The notes under the pieces: generated by a model
What the model was told of the DNA's origin: nothing
The model's database searches: none
The model's input: only the letters and a program-made list of their open reading frames with translations
In this document: positions 1 through 10,033 of the stretch, piece by piece
Position numbering within the stretch: the first letter of the stretch is position 1
Layout of the letters: every line of letters begins with the position of its first letter
Source of the DNA: Dehalococcoidia bacterium
GTDB lineage: Bacteria; Chloroflexota; Dehalococcoidia; UBA2979
Assembly (NCBI GenBank): GCA_965219085.1
Contig: OZ244720.1
Location: 3,241,962 to 3,305,961 of the forward strand
Length of the DNA stretch: 64,000 bases
Reading direction: 5' to 3'
Translations under genes and position numbers: made by a program

Positions 1-342
1 GCTCAGCGGCTTGTTGAACGGCAGGCCCCACGTGCCCTCGATCGCCGGGCGGTGGCTCGGCCCGACGCCGAGCTTGAGCCGCCCGGGCGCGAGCTGGTCC
101 ACCGTCATCGCGCCCGCCGCCATCGTGATCGGGTGGCGCGGGAACGTCGGGACGATCGAGGTGCCGAACGTGATGCGCTCCGCGGTGTGCGCGGCCGAGG
201 CGAACACGGCGAACGGATCGGGCGCGGCGCCGCCCACGGTCAGCCACGCCGTGTCGAGGCCGAGCCGGTCGGCCTCGACGATGCGCGCGATCAGCCCGGG
301 CGCGTCGGCCGCGACGATGTGGACGCTGAGCGGGACGGTCAC
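1..342 (-). CDS. LLM-class (luciferase-like) flavin/F420-dependent oxidoreductase, N-terminal part (runs off window)
   Basis: Not in the ORF track. Manual translation from GTG at 342 gives MTVPLSVHIV...EADRLGLDTAWL...DPFAVFASAAHTAERITFGTSIVPTFPRHPITMA...DQLAPGRLKLGVGPSH, typical LLM motifs. Confidence 0.85.
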   Translation of the reverse strand, partial: MTVPLSVHIVAADAPGLIARIVEADRLGLDTAWLTVGGAAPDPFAVFASAAHTAERITFGTSIVPTFPRHPITMAAGAMTVDQLAPGRLKLGVGPSHRPAIEGTWGLPFNKPLS

Positions 343-344
343 CG

Positions 345-1109
345 CTAACGCCCGACGAAGTTCGGCTGGCGCTTCTCGGCGAAGGCGACCTTCGCCTCCT
401 GCGCGTCCTCGGTGCGCTGCAGGATGGCCGTGCGCGTCTGCTCGAAGCGGTAGCCGTTGCGGAGGTCCATGTCCTCGATGACGTTGAGGTTCTCCTTCGC
501 GAGGCGGATCCCGATCGGCATCTTCGACACGATCTCCTCGGCCTCCGCCATCGCGACGTCCATGAGGTCCTCGACCGGGACGACGCGGTCGACGGCGCCG
601 AGGCGGTGGGCCTCCTGCGCGTCCAGGCGGCGGGCGGTGTAGTGCATCATCCGCACGACGTGCTGCGGGAACAGCCGCATCGCGTGGCGGGCGCCGCCGA
701 GCAGTCCGACGTCGATCTCCGGCAGGCCGAAGACCGCGCGCTCCGAGGCGATCAGGTAGTCGCACGAGGCGGCGATAGCGAGACCCGCGCCGAGCGCCGG
801 GCCGTTGATCGCGCCGATCACGGGCACCGCGCACTCCATGATCGAGTAGAAGTTCTCCCGGCCCTCGCGCGAACCGGTGCGCTCCGGCCGCAGGGCGCGG
901 TCGCCGCGCGCCGCCGCCTTGATGTCGGCGCCGGCGCAGAAGACGCGGTCACCCTGCCCGGTGAGGACGATGACACGAGCGTCCTCGTCGGCGCTGATGG
1001 TGTCGAAGGTGCCCTGGATGTCCCACTCGGGGGACATCGCGTTCACGGGCGGGTTGTCGAAGACGACCAGCCGCACGTGACCGTGCTTCTCGACTCGAAG
1101 TTCGGACAT
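345..1109 (-). CDS. Enoyl-CoA hydratase/isomerase (crotonase) family protein
   Basis: FCAGADI oxyanion motif, GAINGPALGAG, FGLPEIDVG, C-terminal AFAEKRQPNF. Confidence 0.93.
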   Translation of the reverse strand: MSELRVEKHGHVRLVVFDNPPVNAMSPEWDIQGTFDTISADEDARVIVLTGQGDRVFCAGADIKAAARGDRALRPERTGSREGRENFYSIMECAVPVIGAINGPALGAGLAIAASCDYLIASERAVFGLPEIDVGLLGGARHAMRLFPQHVVRMMHYTARRLDAQEAHRLGAVDRVVPVEDLMDVAMAEAEEIVSKMPIGIRLAKENLNVIEDMDLRNGYRFEQTRTAILQRTEDAQEAKVAFAEKRQPNFVGR

Positions 1110-1155
1110 GACGTGCTCCTCTCGTGCGGCTCGGCGCCGCCGTCGGTGATGGTTG

Positions 1156-1962
1156 CTAGCGGCCGACGAAGACCGGGTCGCGGCGCTCCAGGAACGAGTT
1201 GACGCCCTCGAGGCCGTCCTCGCTCCGGAACATGATGTGCACGAACGGGCTCGTCAGGTCCTGCACGCGTGCGAGGTCGTTCTCCTCGAGCATGTACACC
1301 ATGCGCTTGATGGCGGCCATGCTCAGCGGCGGCCCGCTCGCGATCTCCGTCGCCAGCTCGATGGAGCGGTCCATGAGCTGCTCGCGCGGCACGACGTCCA
1401 TCACGAGGCCGAGCTCGAGCGCCTCCTGGGCGTTGACGCGGCGGCCGGTGAACATCAGCTCGAGGCCTCGCTGTGCGCCGACGATCTTCGGCAGCATGTA
1501 GCCGAGACCGAAGTCCGCGATGATGCCGCGCTTGGTCTGGGCGACCTGGAAGATGGTGTCCTCGGCCGCGATGCGCAGGTCGGTAGCGAGTGCGAGCCCG
1601 AAGCCCATGCCGACGGCGTAGCCGTTGATGGCGCCGATGATCGGTACGTCGCAGTCGCGCAGGTGGCGGATGGCGTAGCTCTCGGGGTGCGCGCGCCGCC
1701 ACGGGTCGGGCTTCCTGTCCGGGTTGGCGCCCGGGAAGCCGGTGACGTCGCCACCGGCGCAGAACGCGCGTCCCTCGCCGCTCAGCACGATCGCCCGCAC
1801 GTTGTACTCGCCGTCGTTGAGGCGGTCGATGAAGTCGAGCATCTCGGTCTGCATGGCCGGCGCCCAGGCGTTGAGCTTCTCCGGCCGGTTGAGCTTGATG
1901 ATGGCGATCTGGTCGCGTTCCTCGACAGTGATCGCCTCGTACTTCGTTGCTGTGGTTGTCAT
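1156..1962 (-). CDS. Enoyl-CoA hydratase/isomerase family protein
   Basis: LNRPEKLNA, FCAGGD, GAINGYAVGMG. Start moved to MTTTATK, which has a GGAGGAG RBS. Confidence 0.93.
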   Translation of the reverse strand: MTTTATKYEAITVEERDQIAIIKLNRPEKLNAWAPAMQTEMLDFIDRLNDGEYNVRAIVLSGEGRAFCAGGDVTGFPGANPDRKPDPWRRAHPESYAIRHLRDCDVPIIGAINGYAVGMGFGLALATDLRIAAEDTIFQVAQTKRGIIADFGLGYMLPKIVGAQRGLELMFTGRRVNAQEALELGLVMDVVPREQLMDRSIELATEIASGPPLSMAAIKRMVYMLEENDLARVQDLTSPFVHIMFRSEDGLEGVNSFLERRDPVFVGR

Positions 1963-2065
1963 GGCTCCTCCTCGGGCCGATCCGGGTCGGCCGTGTTCGC
2001 ACGCGTGCATGCTACCGCGTACGAGGGTGGTAGGGGCGGCGGGTGGTGCGGTGGCGCTGCGCTGT

Positions 2066-2332
2066 TCAGTGCGCTCGATCGGCCTTCGCGCGCGCCGCCC
2101 TCGGCAACGGGTCGGAGCGCCACGGATCGTGACCCGCCCGGCGGGCCATCGCGCGACGGTACGCGGGCACGACGATGAGGAGCAGCGCGCCGAGCAGGCC
2201 GGCGACGCCAAACACGCCGAACGCGGCGCCGGCCAGCGCCGCGACCGCACGGTGCCGCGCGCCATCGCTGAGCATCGCTCCGCCGATCGCCATCAGCATG
2301 GAAAGACCGAGCGCGAACAGCAGCACTTCCAC
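2066..2332 (-). CDS. Small hypothetical membrane protein (2 TM)
   Basis: GTG start after GAGGAGGAG; two hydrophobic segments; fills the gap between divergent genes. Confidence 0.55.
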   Translation of the reverse strand: MEVLLFALGLSMLMAIGGAMLSDGARHRAVAALAGAAFGVFGVAGLLGALLLIVVPAYRRAMARRAGHDPWRSDPLPRAARAKADRAH

Positions 2333-2410
2333 TGGCGCGACTCCTCCTCGACCGTTGGGCTCTGTTCCGCCCACGCGTGGCAGTGTACGGCGGGCGCCGG
2401 GCCGGCGGAG

Positions 2411-4375
2411 ATGGATGCGCTGGACGGCGACCTGCCGCACCATGTCGAGGTGTCCACGATCTGGCTTCGACGAGGCGCCGCCGTTCTGGTGGCTTTCGCC
2501 TTCGCGGTGGTGCTTTTGGCCGCGCTGACGCTGCAGGCGCTGAGCGCTACGTTCGCCCGCGCCGAGTTCTACCCCGAGCAACTGGAGCGCGCGGACGTCT
2601 ACCGCTTCATCAGCGCCGACCTAGCCGACGCGTTCATCGAGGACCTGCGACAGCTCGACGCCGACCAGTTCGGCGAGGACTTCACCGGCAACCCCGTTGC
2701 GGTCTCTGGGCTCACCACGCGCCAGGTCGCGGACGCGATGCGCCGCGGGCTCCCGCCCGAGGACCTGGAAGCACTGCTCGCTCCCGCCTTCGAGCAGGCC
2801 GCCGAATACGCAGCGGGCGAACGGGACGAGGTCACGATCACCATCGGCGCGGGCCGGCACGTCGAAGCCCTGGTGCGCGAGCTGACAGCCTTGATGCGCG
2901 AGTCCGGCGCGTACGGTCGCCTCCTCGACGACGAGTTCGAGCCGATGTTCCGTGAGTGGGCCGACGAGGCGCTACCGGCGGGTGAGGCGGACTCGGCCTG
3001 GCTCACGTTCCTCCGCGGCGCCGAGACCGGCGACAGCCTCGTCCGCGTGTTCAGGCGCGTCGTGACGCCCGAGTGGCTGGCCGGCGAGGTCGAGCAGTCC
3101 GCCGACGAGCTCACCGCCTACCTCGTCGGCAACGCCGAGGGATTCGAACTCCGCATCGAACTCGACGACGCCCAGGCGACGGCAGCCGCCGAGGAGCTGG
3201 AGGCGATCCTGGGTGACGCCGACGCGTACGACCTCGCGCGGGCCGCGGTGATCGAACCGGCGGTGGAGGAGCACGTGGTCGCGGCTGCCGAGCTGCCTTA
3301 CGGCATCACCCTGACCCGCGAGGAGGCCCGAGCGGCGCTGCTCGAGGCCGTGTCGCCGGCGTGGGTCGAGCAACAGGCCCGGGTGCTGGCGCGCGGGGTC
3401 AGCGCGTACGTGACCGGGCAAGCCGATGGATTCGCCGCCGAGATCGACCTCGCGTCCGTCAAGGCGGACGCAGCCGCCGCCCTCACCGACGCCGCGACGG
3501 CCAACCTCGAAGCGTCGCTGCGCGACCTGCCGCCATGCACGACCGCCGCGGAGATAGCAGCGGCGCGAGACGCGGCGCGGCGGTCGTTGCCCCCGTGTAT
3601 CCCGCCGGGCGTGACCGCGAGCGAGCTGGCGAGCCAGGTACGACCCGACATCGCCGCCTCGATCGCCGCGTTCATCGTCGAGCCCGTGCCCGACACGGTG
3701 CTGCTCACCGAGTCGGACCTCCGCGCCGCCATCCGGCAAGACGGCGGCGCGGAGGCGCTGACCGCCCTCGATGACCTCCGGGGGCTGTCCGCCGAGGGCT
3801 GGACGTACACGGACTCTGACCTCCGCAACGACCTCTCCGACGACGATGCCGCCACGCTGGACGACGTGCGTTCGTTCCTCGGTGAGGGTTACGTCATCGA
3901 GGTCTCAGTCGGGGATGACGAGGGCCTCGAGGCTGCGCTGGACGACGTACGCGAATGGACGGAGGCGGTGAGCCGGGCTCGCTGGGTGGCATTCGTGTTC
4001 GCGATAGCGCTGCTGGCGGCGGTGGGAGCGCTGGGCGGCACGAGTTGGCGCGGGCGGGTCGTGTGGGGCGCCGCCGCACTGCTCGCGGCGGCCGTGCCGA
4101 TCGCACTCGTGTCGGGGCCGGTGTACCAGGCGGCATCGGGTGCACTGCTCGATGCGATCCGCGACGAGATCGCAAGCGACCCCCGCGCGACGTTCGCGCT
4201 CACCTCCGAGCTCCTCACCAACAAGCTCATCGACATCGTCGAGGTGAGCGCCGACGCGTTCGCAGGGAGCATCGCGCGGAACAGCCTGGTGCTCGCCGTC
4301 CTGGGCGCCATCGCGCTCGGGGTGTCGCTGTCCTGGGACCGCATCACCGAGGCCGTGGACCGCGCCCGGGGCTGA
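2411..4375 (+). CDS. Hypothetical membrane protein with large acidic extracytoplasmic repeat region
   Basis: N-terminal TM, long acidic helical region with three internal repeats, about three C-terminal TMs. Start uncertain (2411 or 2450); the ORF-track extension to 1724 overlaps opposite-strand genes. Confidence 0.75.
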   Translation: MDALDGDLPHHVEVSTIWLRRGAAVLVAFAFAVVLLAALTLQALSATFARAEFYPEQLERADVYRFISADLADAFIEDLRQLDADQFGEDFTGNPVAVSGLTTRQVADAMRRGLPPEDLEALLAPAFEQAAEYAAGERDEVTITIGAGRHVEALVRELTALMRESGAYGRLLDDEFEPMFREWADEALPAGEADSAWLTFLRGAETGDSLVRVFRRVVTPEWLAGEVEQSADELTAYLVGNAEGFELRIELDDAQATAAAEELEAILGDADAYDLARAAVIEPAVEEHVVAAAELPYGITLTREEARAALLEAVSPAWVEQQARVLARGVSAYVTGQADGFAAEIDLASVKADAAAALTDAATANLEASLRDLPPCTTAAEIAAARDAARRSLPPCIPPGVTASELASQVRPDIAASIAAFIVEPVPDTVLLTESDLRAAIRQDGGAEALTALDDLRGLSAEGWTYTDSDLRNDLSDDDAATLDDVRSFLGEGYVIEVSVGDDEGLEAALDDVREWTEAVSRARWVAFVFAIALLAAVGALGGTSWRGRVVWGAAALLAAAVPIALVSGPVYQAASGALLDAIRDEIASDPRATFALTSELLTNKLIDIVEVSADAFAGSIARNSLVLAVLGAIALGVSLSWDRITEAVDRARG

Positions 4376-4451
4376 CGCCACGCCTCGACTCGGTTGTGAC
4401 GAGGGCCGGTGGCGATGGCCCTGAGCAGAGGGCGACGTATCATGTCGCGCC

Positions 4452-5954
4452 ATGCTGAATCGTCCCGTCCCGGCCTCCGACGGCAGCGCAGCAGGCACCG
4501 CCCCGGCCGCCGCACCGCCGCCGCGACGGCGCGCGCCGTCGTGGTGGCCGAACATCTACTACGGCTGGTACATGGCCACCGCGGGGGCGGCCAGCAACTT
4601 CCTCGTGCTGGGCATCACGGTCTTCGGATTCGGCGTGTTCATCCCGTCGCTGCGCGACGAGATGGGCTGGACGATCGCGCAGATCTCGATCGCATTCTCG
4701 TTGCGCAGCTTCGAGAACGGGCTGCTCGCGCCGTTCACGGGGTTCATGGTCGACAAGCTCGGCGCGCGCCGGATGGCGTTCACCGGGCTGTTCGCGCTCG
4801 TCGTCGGGCTGCTGCTGTTCTCGCAGTCGCGGACCATCTGGGCGTTCTACGCCGCGAGCCTCGTGATGGCTCTCGGGCAGAGCCTCGGCTCGTTCACGCC
4901 GTTCAGCGCGGCGCTGATGAACTGGTTCACGCGCCAACGCGGCCGCGCGATGGGCCTGGTGTCGACGGGCAACGGCGCGGGAGGCCTCGCCGCGCCGGTC
5001 CTCGCGGCGATGATCGTGTACATCGGCTGGCGCGAGACGGCGATTGTCGCCGCGCTCACCATCGGCATCGTCGGTTTCCCGCTCGCGATGACGCTCCGCG
5101 ACCGCCCCGAGCCGTACGGTTACGGCCCCGACGGTGTGCCGCTCGACGAGGCCGCGCGCCAGCGAGTTGCACGCGACGGTGCGGCCACCAGCGCGACGGG
5201 CATGAGTGTCGGCGAGGTACTGCGCACACCTGCGTTCTACCTGCTCGCGATGTCGTCCGGGTTGGGCGGCGCGATCCTCGGCACGTGGATCGTGCACCAG
5301 ATCCCGCACCTCGAGTCGACGGGGTTCTCGCTCACGGCGGCCGCGTCGATCGCCGGCTTCTACGCCGTGTTCCAGATCGCCATGCGCTACGTGCTCGGCT
5401 GGGTCGGCGACATGGTCGGACGGCGTCCGATGTTCGTCGCGTCCTTCGTGCTGATCGGGATCGGGCTGCTGGTGTTCAGCAGGCTCAACCCCAGTCAGTT
5501 GTGGCTCATCCCGGTGTACTACCTCACGTTCGCGACCGGGCACGCGACGTTCGTCGTGATGAGCCAGACCGTCGTCGCCGACTACTTCGGCACGAGGCGG
5601 TTCGCTACGATCCGCGGGTTGTCCCACAGCACGGCGATGCCGCTCGGCATCATCGGCCCGGTGTTCGCGGGCTGGATGTTCGACACCACCGGCAGCTACC
5701 AGATCGCGTTCACGGTGCTGTCGAGCTGCGCGGTCTTCGCGGCGATCTGCATCCTGCTCATCCGCCGGCCGCAGTGGAGCGAACTCGTCCCGGCCTCGAC
5801 GCCCTCGGCGCCAACGACGCCAACGATGTCCGTGCCATCGGCGGCGGCGGCGATGGTGCCTGCACAGGCCGCGGCAGCGATTCCGGCCGTGCCTGGCGCG
5901 GCCGCCCCTGCACCCCCGTCGACGCACCGCGGCATGGGCGCCGACGGCTGGTAG
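4452..5954 (+). CDS. MFS transporter (OFA/monocarboxylate-like)
   Basis: YYGW start motif, GFMVDKLGARR motif A, NWFTRQRGRAMG, about 12 TMs. Confidence 0.92.
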   Translation: MLNRPVPASDGSAAGTAPAAAPPPRRRAPSWWPNIYYGWYMATAGAASNFLVLGITVFGFGVFIPSLRDEMGWTIAQISIAFSLRSFENGLLAPFTGFMVDKLGARRMAFTGLFALVVGLLLFSQSRTIWAFYAASLVMALGQSLGSFTPFSAALMNWFTRQRGRAMGLVSTGNGAGGLAAPVLAAMIVYIGWRETAIVAALTIGIVGFPLAMTLRDRPEPYGYGPDGVPLDEAARQRVARDGAATSATGMSVGEVLRTPAFYLLAMSSGLGGAILGTWIVHQIPHLESTGFSLTAAASIAGFYAVFQIAMRYVLGWVGDMVGRRPMFVASFVLIGIGLLVFSRLNPSQLWLIPVYYLTFATGHATFVVMSQTVVADYFGTRRFATIRGLSHSTAMPLGIIGPVFAGWMFDTTGSYQIAFTVLSSCAVFAAICILLIRRPQWSELVPASTPSAPTTPTMSVPSAAAAMVPAQAAAAIPAVPGAAAPAPPSTHRGMGADGW

Positions 5955-5982
5955 CCGCGGCGACGCCGATTCCAGATCAACG

Positions 5983-6040
5983 TTGACTCGCGTGCCGGTC
6001 GCGACTCACAATGACTCACAGTGAGTCATATGCGAGTCGC
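5983..6040 (+). promoter_or_regulatory. Putative promoter and palindromic operator of the vapBC operon
   Basis: TTGACT (5983) ... CACAAT (6007); perfect palindrome ATGACTCAC-A-GTGAGTCAT at 6011-6029, flanked by GCGACTC/GAGTCGC. Confidence 0.65.
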
Positions 6041-6052
6041 TCGGAGGTGACC

Positions 6053-6307
6053 ATGCAGCAACTGACAGTACGAGGATTCGACGACGAACTCAGTGACCGG
6101 CTCAAGGGACTTGCGCAACGCGAGGGCATCTCCCTCAACCAGGCGGCGCTACGTCTGCTCCGCAAGGGAGCGGGCCTGCCCGAAACCGGCGGACCGATCG
6201 GCAACAGTCTCGACCACCTGTTCGGCGTGTGGACCGCCGAAGAGGCCGATGAATTCGATGCGGCGGTTGCCGAGTTTGACACGATCGATGAGTCCGCTTG
6301 GCAGTGA
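6053..6307 (+). CDS. vapB: Type II antitoxin (FitA/VapB-like RHH)
   Basis: MQQLTVRGFDDELSDRLK..AQREGISLNQ RHH pattern, acidic tail, GGAGG RBS, GTGA overlap with the PIN gene. Confidence 0.85.
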   Translation: MQQLTVRGFDDELSDRLKGLAQREGISLNQAALRLLRKGAGLPETGGPIGNSLDHLFGVWTAEEADEFDAAVAEFDTIDESAWQ

Positions 6308-6702
6308 GACTCACCCTTGATACGAGCGCGTACTCGCAACTGATGAGCGGCGAGCAGAGGGTCGCGGAACTCGTCAGGCGAGCCGACACAGTGATGTTGT
6401 CCGCGATCGTCCTCGGCGAGCTGCTGGCGGGGTTTCGCAAGGGGTCCCGGCTCGAGCGGAATCTTCAGGAGCTTCGGGCGTTCCTCGACATCCCGCTCGT
6501 CGCCGTTGTACCCGTAGGCGAGACAACGGCTGATCGCTACTCACGGATCAAGGAGGCCCTTCGCGCGAAGGGTCGGCCCGTTCCGTCAAACGATGCCTGG
6601 ATCGCAGCGCACGCCATGGAGACGGGCGCTGACCTCGTCTCGGCCGATCGACACTTCGAGGACATCGACGGCGTCGTCCTGGTCCGGTTGTCGCCACGCT
6701 AG
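6304..6702 (+). CDS. vapC: Type II toxin, PIN domain ribonuclease VapC
   Basis: LDTSAY, VLGEL, PSNDAWIAAHA, SADRHF PIN acidic motifs. Confidence 0.92.
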   Translation: MRLTLDTSAYSQLMSGEQRVAELVRRADTVMLSAIVLGELLAGFRKGSRLERNLQELRAFLDIPLVAVVPVGETTADRYSRIKEALRAKGRPVPSNDAWIAAHAMETGADLVSADRHFEDIDGVVLVRLSPR

Positions 6703-6709
6703 CCACCGC

Positions 6710-7135
6710 CTACGACCCCTCGGCCTCGCTCCACAGGTAGCGCCCCGTCGCCAGGGCGATCACCACGAACAGCGCGTCGACGATCGGGAAGTAGATGAGG
6801 TGCGACGTGACTGCGTCGCCGGTTTCGCTGTCCGGGTTGAGCGTCCAGATCCACCCCCAGAAGAACAGCATCGCCAGCACGACCGCGCCGTAGAACGCGA
6901 AGCTCACCCGCACATACTCCACCACCGAGGGCTCCATGCCGGCCTGCCCACGCTTGCGCATGAAGCCGACGATCAGCGCCACGAGCGTCGAAGCGGCCAT
7001 GAACCAGTTGATGATCTCCCACACCGGGTAGTCCGCGGCGCCGTCGTGGTAGACCGGCGTGAGGATGAGGTTCACGAACACTGCGATCGCCGTCGCGACG
7101 AGCAGAACCGACAAGGCCCGTTGCACCAGCTCCAT
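6710..7135 (-). CDS. Hypothetical 4-TM membrane protein
   Basis: Four hydrophobic helices; start at 7135 or 7147. Confidence 0.7.
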   Translation of the reverse strand: MELVQRALSVLLVATAIAVFVNLILTPVYHDGAADYPVWEIINWFMAASTLVALIVGFMRKRGQAGMEPSVVEYVRVSFAFYGAVVLAMLFFWGWIWTLNPDSETGDAVTSHLIYFPIVDALFVVIALATGRYLWSEAEGS

Positions 7136-7266
7136 GATTGCTCGCACCTCCCCGCCTGATACCGGGAATCACCTTCGTTGTGCCCAACATACGCCCGCGC
7201 ACCAGGTGAGTGGCACTGCCGGGCGACGAACCATTCAAGGCGAGCTGGCCCTATAGTTAACGTTCA

Positions 7267-8751
7267 GTGCCAACTCAGGAGGCACGCGTGAGCGTGACGC
7301 AGGATCGCCCAGCGGGTTCGGCAGCACCCGTGGCTGCCTCCCCACTCACCCACAGCGGCCTCAACGACCTCACGAACGGTGCACCGCCGGTCACGGCCCT
7401 CGCACCGCGCGCACCCGGGAACGGGGCTGTCGCCGACCTCGCGCCACCTCCCGCCCGCACGCCCGCGGTCGCGACGAGGCAGCCGCGCGTCTTCTACGGC
7501 TGGTGGATGGTGGGCGCGGGCTTCCTCGCCGCCTTCACCACTGCCGGAGCGCAGGGCTACATCGCCGGTTCGTTCCTCGTGCCGATGAGCGACGAGTTGG
7601 GCTGGACGCGCGCGGAGTTCCTGTACGGCCAGACCACCGGGCAGTTCGTCACGGCGTTCGCGGGCTTCTTCGTCGGCGCGTATGTCGACCGCTTCGGGTC
7701 GCGACCGCTGATGCTCATCGGCGCGACGCTGCTCGCGGGCGCGCTGTTCGCGATCTCCGAAGTGAACGAGCTGTGGCAGTGGGTGATCCTGCGCGGCGTC
7801 TTCAGCATGCTCGGCGCGGCCCTGCTCGGGTTCCTCGCCGTCAACGTCACGCTCTCCAAGTGGTTCGTCGAGCAGCGCGGACGCGCGATCGGCCTCGCGT
7901 CGATTGGCGTGTCGATGGCCGGCATCGTGCTGCCGGTGGCGATGACCTGGTACGTCGACGAGTTCGGGTGGCGCGCGGCGTGGCGCGTGCTCGCGGTCGG
8001 CGTCGTGGTGCTCGGCTACCCGGCGGCCGCGATCATGCGGCGCACGCCGGAGGACTACGGGCTCAACCCGGACGGTAAGAGCGAGCGCCAGATGGCGAGC
8101 GGCGGGGGCGCGCGCGCCATGGCCGACTTCGCCAACTCGTTCACACGCGGGCAGGCGATCCGCACGCAGGCGCTCTATGTGCTGATCGTGACGTTCGGCC
8201 TCGGGACCCTGGGTCTGATGACCATCATCGTGCTCACCATCCCGTACCTCACCGACTCCGGTTTCAGTCGCGGCACCGCCGCGATCATGCTCTCCATCCT
8301 CGCCATCCCGGCGGGGGTGTCGAAGCCGGTGTGGGGCTGGATGGCCGACGTCTGGTCGGAGCGGCTGTCGACGTCGCTGAGCTTCGTGATGAACGCCGCG
8401 GCGATGGTCGTGATCGTGCTGGCGGCGCAGACACAGTCGACGCTGATACTCGCGATCGGGTTCTTCGTCGTCGGCTGGGGCATCGGCGGGCAGATCCCGC
8501 TGCAGGAGACGATCTGGGCGAGCTACTTCGGCCGCCGCTACATCGGCGCGGTGCGCTCGGTGGCGATGCCGTTCACGATGCTGATCGCGGCGTCCGGCCC
8601 GATTCTCGTGGCGACATACGCGGACAACGTCGGCAACTACGACGCGGCCATGTTCGGCGTCGCCGCGGCGTGGGCGGTGGCATCGCTGCTCATCCTGATC
8701 GCGCGCCGGCCGCGCCTGCCCGAGTCGAGCGAGACGCCCGCCGCAGCCTGA
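7267..8751 (+). CDS. MFS transporter
   Basis: FYGWWMV, GAYVDRFGSR, KWFVEQRGRAIG, about 12 TMs; start uncertain. Confidence 0.92.
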   Translation: MPTQEARVSVTQDRPAGSAAPVAASPLTHSGLNDLTNGAPPVTALAPRAPGNGAVADLAPPPARTPAVATRQPRVFYGWWMVGAGFLAAFTTAGAQGYIAGSFLVPMSDELGWTRAEFLYGQTTGQFVTAFAGFFVGAYVDRFGSRPLMLIGATLLAGALFAISEVNELWQWVILRGVFSMLGAALLGFLAVNVTLSKWFVEQRGRAIGLASIGVSMAGIVLPVAMTWYVDEFGWRAAWRVLAVGVVVLGYPAAAIMRRTPEDYGLNPDGKSERQMASGGGARAMADFANSFTRGQAIRTQALYVLIVTFGLGTLGLMTIIVLTIPYLTDSGFSRGTAAIMLSILAIPAGVSKPVWGWMADVWSERLSTSLSFVMNAAAMVVIVLAAQTQSTLILAIGFFVVGWGIGGQIPLQETIWASYFGRRYIGAVRSVAMPFTMLIAASGPILVATYADNVGNYDAAMFGVAAAWAVASLLILIARRPRLPESSETPAAA

Positions 8752-8851
8752 CCTCGTCCCCTCGTTCTGTCAGCGCGCGCATCGGGCTATCATGGCGGCT
8801 GCCGCGCGCCCGCAACCGCCGCGTTCGGCGCCAATCACGAAGGGAACCGAC

Positions 8852-9637
8852 GTGTCGTACGAGAACATCACCATCGAGCGCAAGGATCACATCGCCACCA
8901 TCACGCTGAACCGCCCCGAGGCGCTGAACGCGCTGGACCGCGGCCTCACACGCGACATGCACGGAGCGATCGACGAGCTGAGTGGCGAGTTCCCCGACAT
9001 CCGCGTCGTGATCCTCACCGGCGCGGGCCGCGGCTTCTGCTCCGGCGCCGACGTGATGGCGCAGGCCCGGGCGCTCACGCCGGGCGAGCCCGAGCCGCAC
9101 GACCCGCTGAACAGCATCCCGCCGCTCGCCCCCAAGCTGCAGGCGATGCCGCAGCCGGTGATCGCCGCCGTCAACGGCGTCGCGGCCGGCGCCGGCTTCT
9201 CGCTCGCCATGGCCTCGGACATCCGCGTCGCCGCCGAGAGTTCGCGCTACTCGGTGATCTTCGTGAAGCGCTCGCTGGTGCCGGACACCGGCTCCTCGCA
9301 CTCGCTGCCGGCCGTCGTCGGGCGCGGGACGGCGATGGAGATGGCGCTCACCGGGCGCGTGTACCCCGCCGCGTGGGCGTTCGAGCGTGGGCTCGTGAAC
9401 TACGTCGTGCCGGACGACCAGGTCATGGAGGAGGCGCGGATGATTGCGAACGAGATCGCGAACAACCCGCCGCTGTGCGTGCGCTCGATCAAGCAGCTGA
9501 TGCACCGCACGGACCGGCTGACCGAGGTGCTCCCGTACGAGCACGACGCGAACACGCCGTCGATGAACACGGCGGACCGTCGCGAGGCGGTGATGTCGTT
9601 TGTCGAGAAGCGCGACCCGGTCTTCCTCGGGCGGTAG
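8852..9637 (+). CDS. Enoyl-CoA hydratase/isomerase family protein (PaaG-like)
   Basis: LNRPEALNA, FCSGAD, AVNGVAAGAG, LVPDTG. Confidence 0.92.
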   Translation: MSYENITIERKDHIATITLNRPEALNALDRGLTRDMHGAIDELSGEFPDIRVVILTGAGRGFCSGADVMAQARALTPGEPEPHDPLNSIPPLAPKLQAMPQPVIAAVNGVAAGAGFSLAMASDIRVAAESSRYSVIFVKRSLVPDTGSSHSLPAVVGRGTAMEMALTGRVYPAAWAFERGLVNYVVPDDQVMEEARMIANEIANNPPLCVRSIKQLMHRTDRLTEVLPYEHDANTPSMNTADRREAVMSFVEKRDPVFLGR

Positions 9638-9660
9638 CCACTCCGCCCGATCGACGAGCG

Positions 9661-9700
9661 GCGCCGTGGCTTCGCGAATGTTGTTTGCAAGCCACGGCGC
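9661..9700. terminator. Inverted-repeat hairpin after the crotonase gene
   Basis: GCGCCGTGGCTT / AAGCCACGGCGC perfect 12-bp arms. Confidence 0.5.
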
Positions 9701-9751
9701 GGTTCCGTACGTTCTTTGTATGCCTCTCACACCCTGATCGGGGATAGTCTC

Positions 9752-10033
9752 ATGGCGACAGCCAAGGTCACGAGCAACGGCCGCATCACGATCCCGAAGG
9801 ATGTGCGGGATCAGCTCGGCCTCGAGCCGGGCGACGAGGTGACCTTCGCCGAGGGGTTCGGCGGCTGGTACATCCGCAAGGAGGACCCCACTCCGGTAGG
9901 TGATTCGCCATTCACACCATGGCGCGGATACCTGAAGCATCTCGCGGGTCGACGTTCGGACGATCTGGTTGAGGAGATGCGCGGGCCGCCGCTCGATCCC
10001 GACGAACTCACCGAGGAAACGCGCGGTTCGTGA
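9752..10033 (+). CDS. AbrB/MazE/SpoVT-family antitoxin
   Basis: AKVTSNGRITIPKDVRDQLGLEPGDEV swapped-hairpin signature; GTGA overlap with the PIN gene. Confidence 0.9.
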   Translation: MATAKVTSNGRITIPKDVRDQLGLEPGDEVTFAEGFGGWYIRKEDPTPVGDSPFTPWRGYLKHLAGRRSDDLVEEMRGPPLDPDELTEETRGS

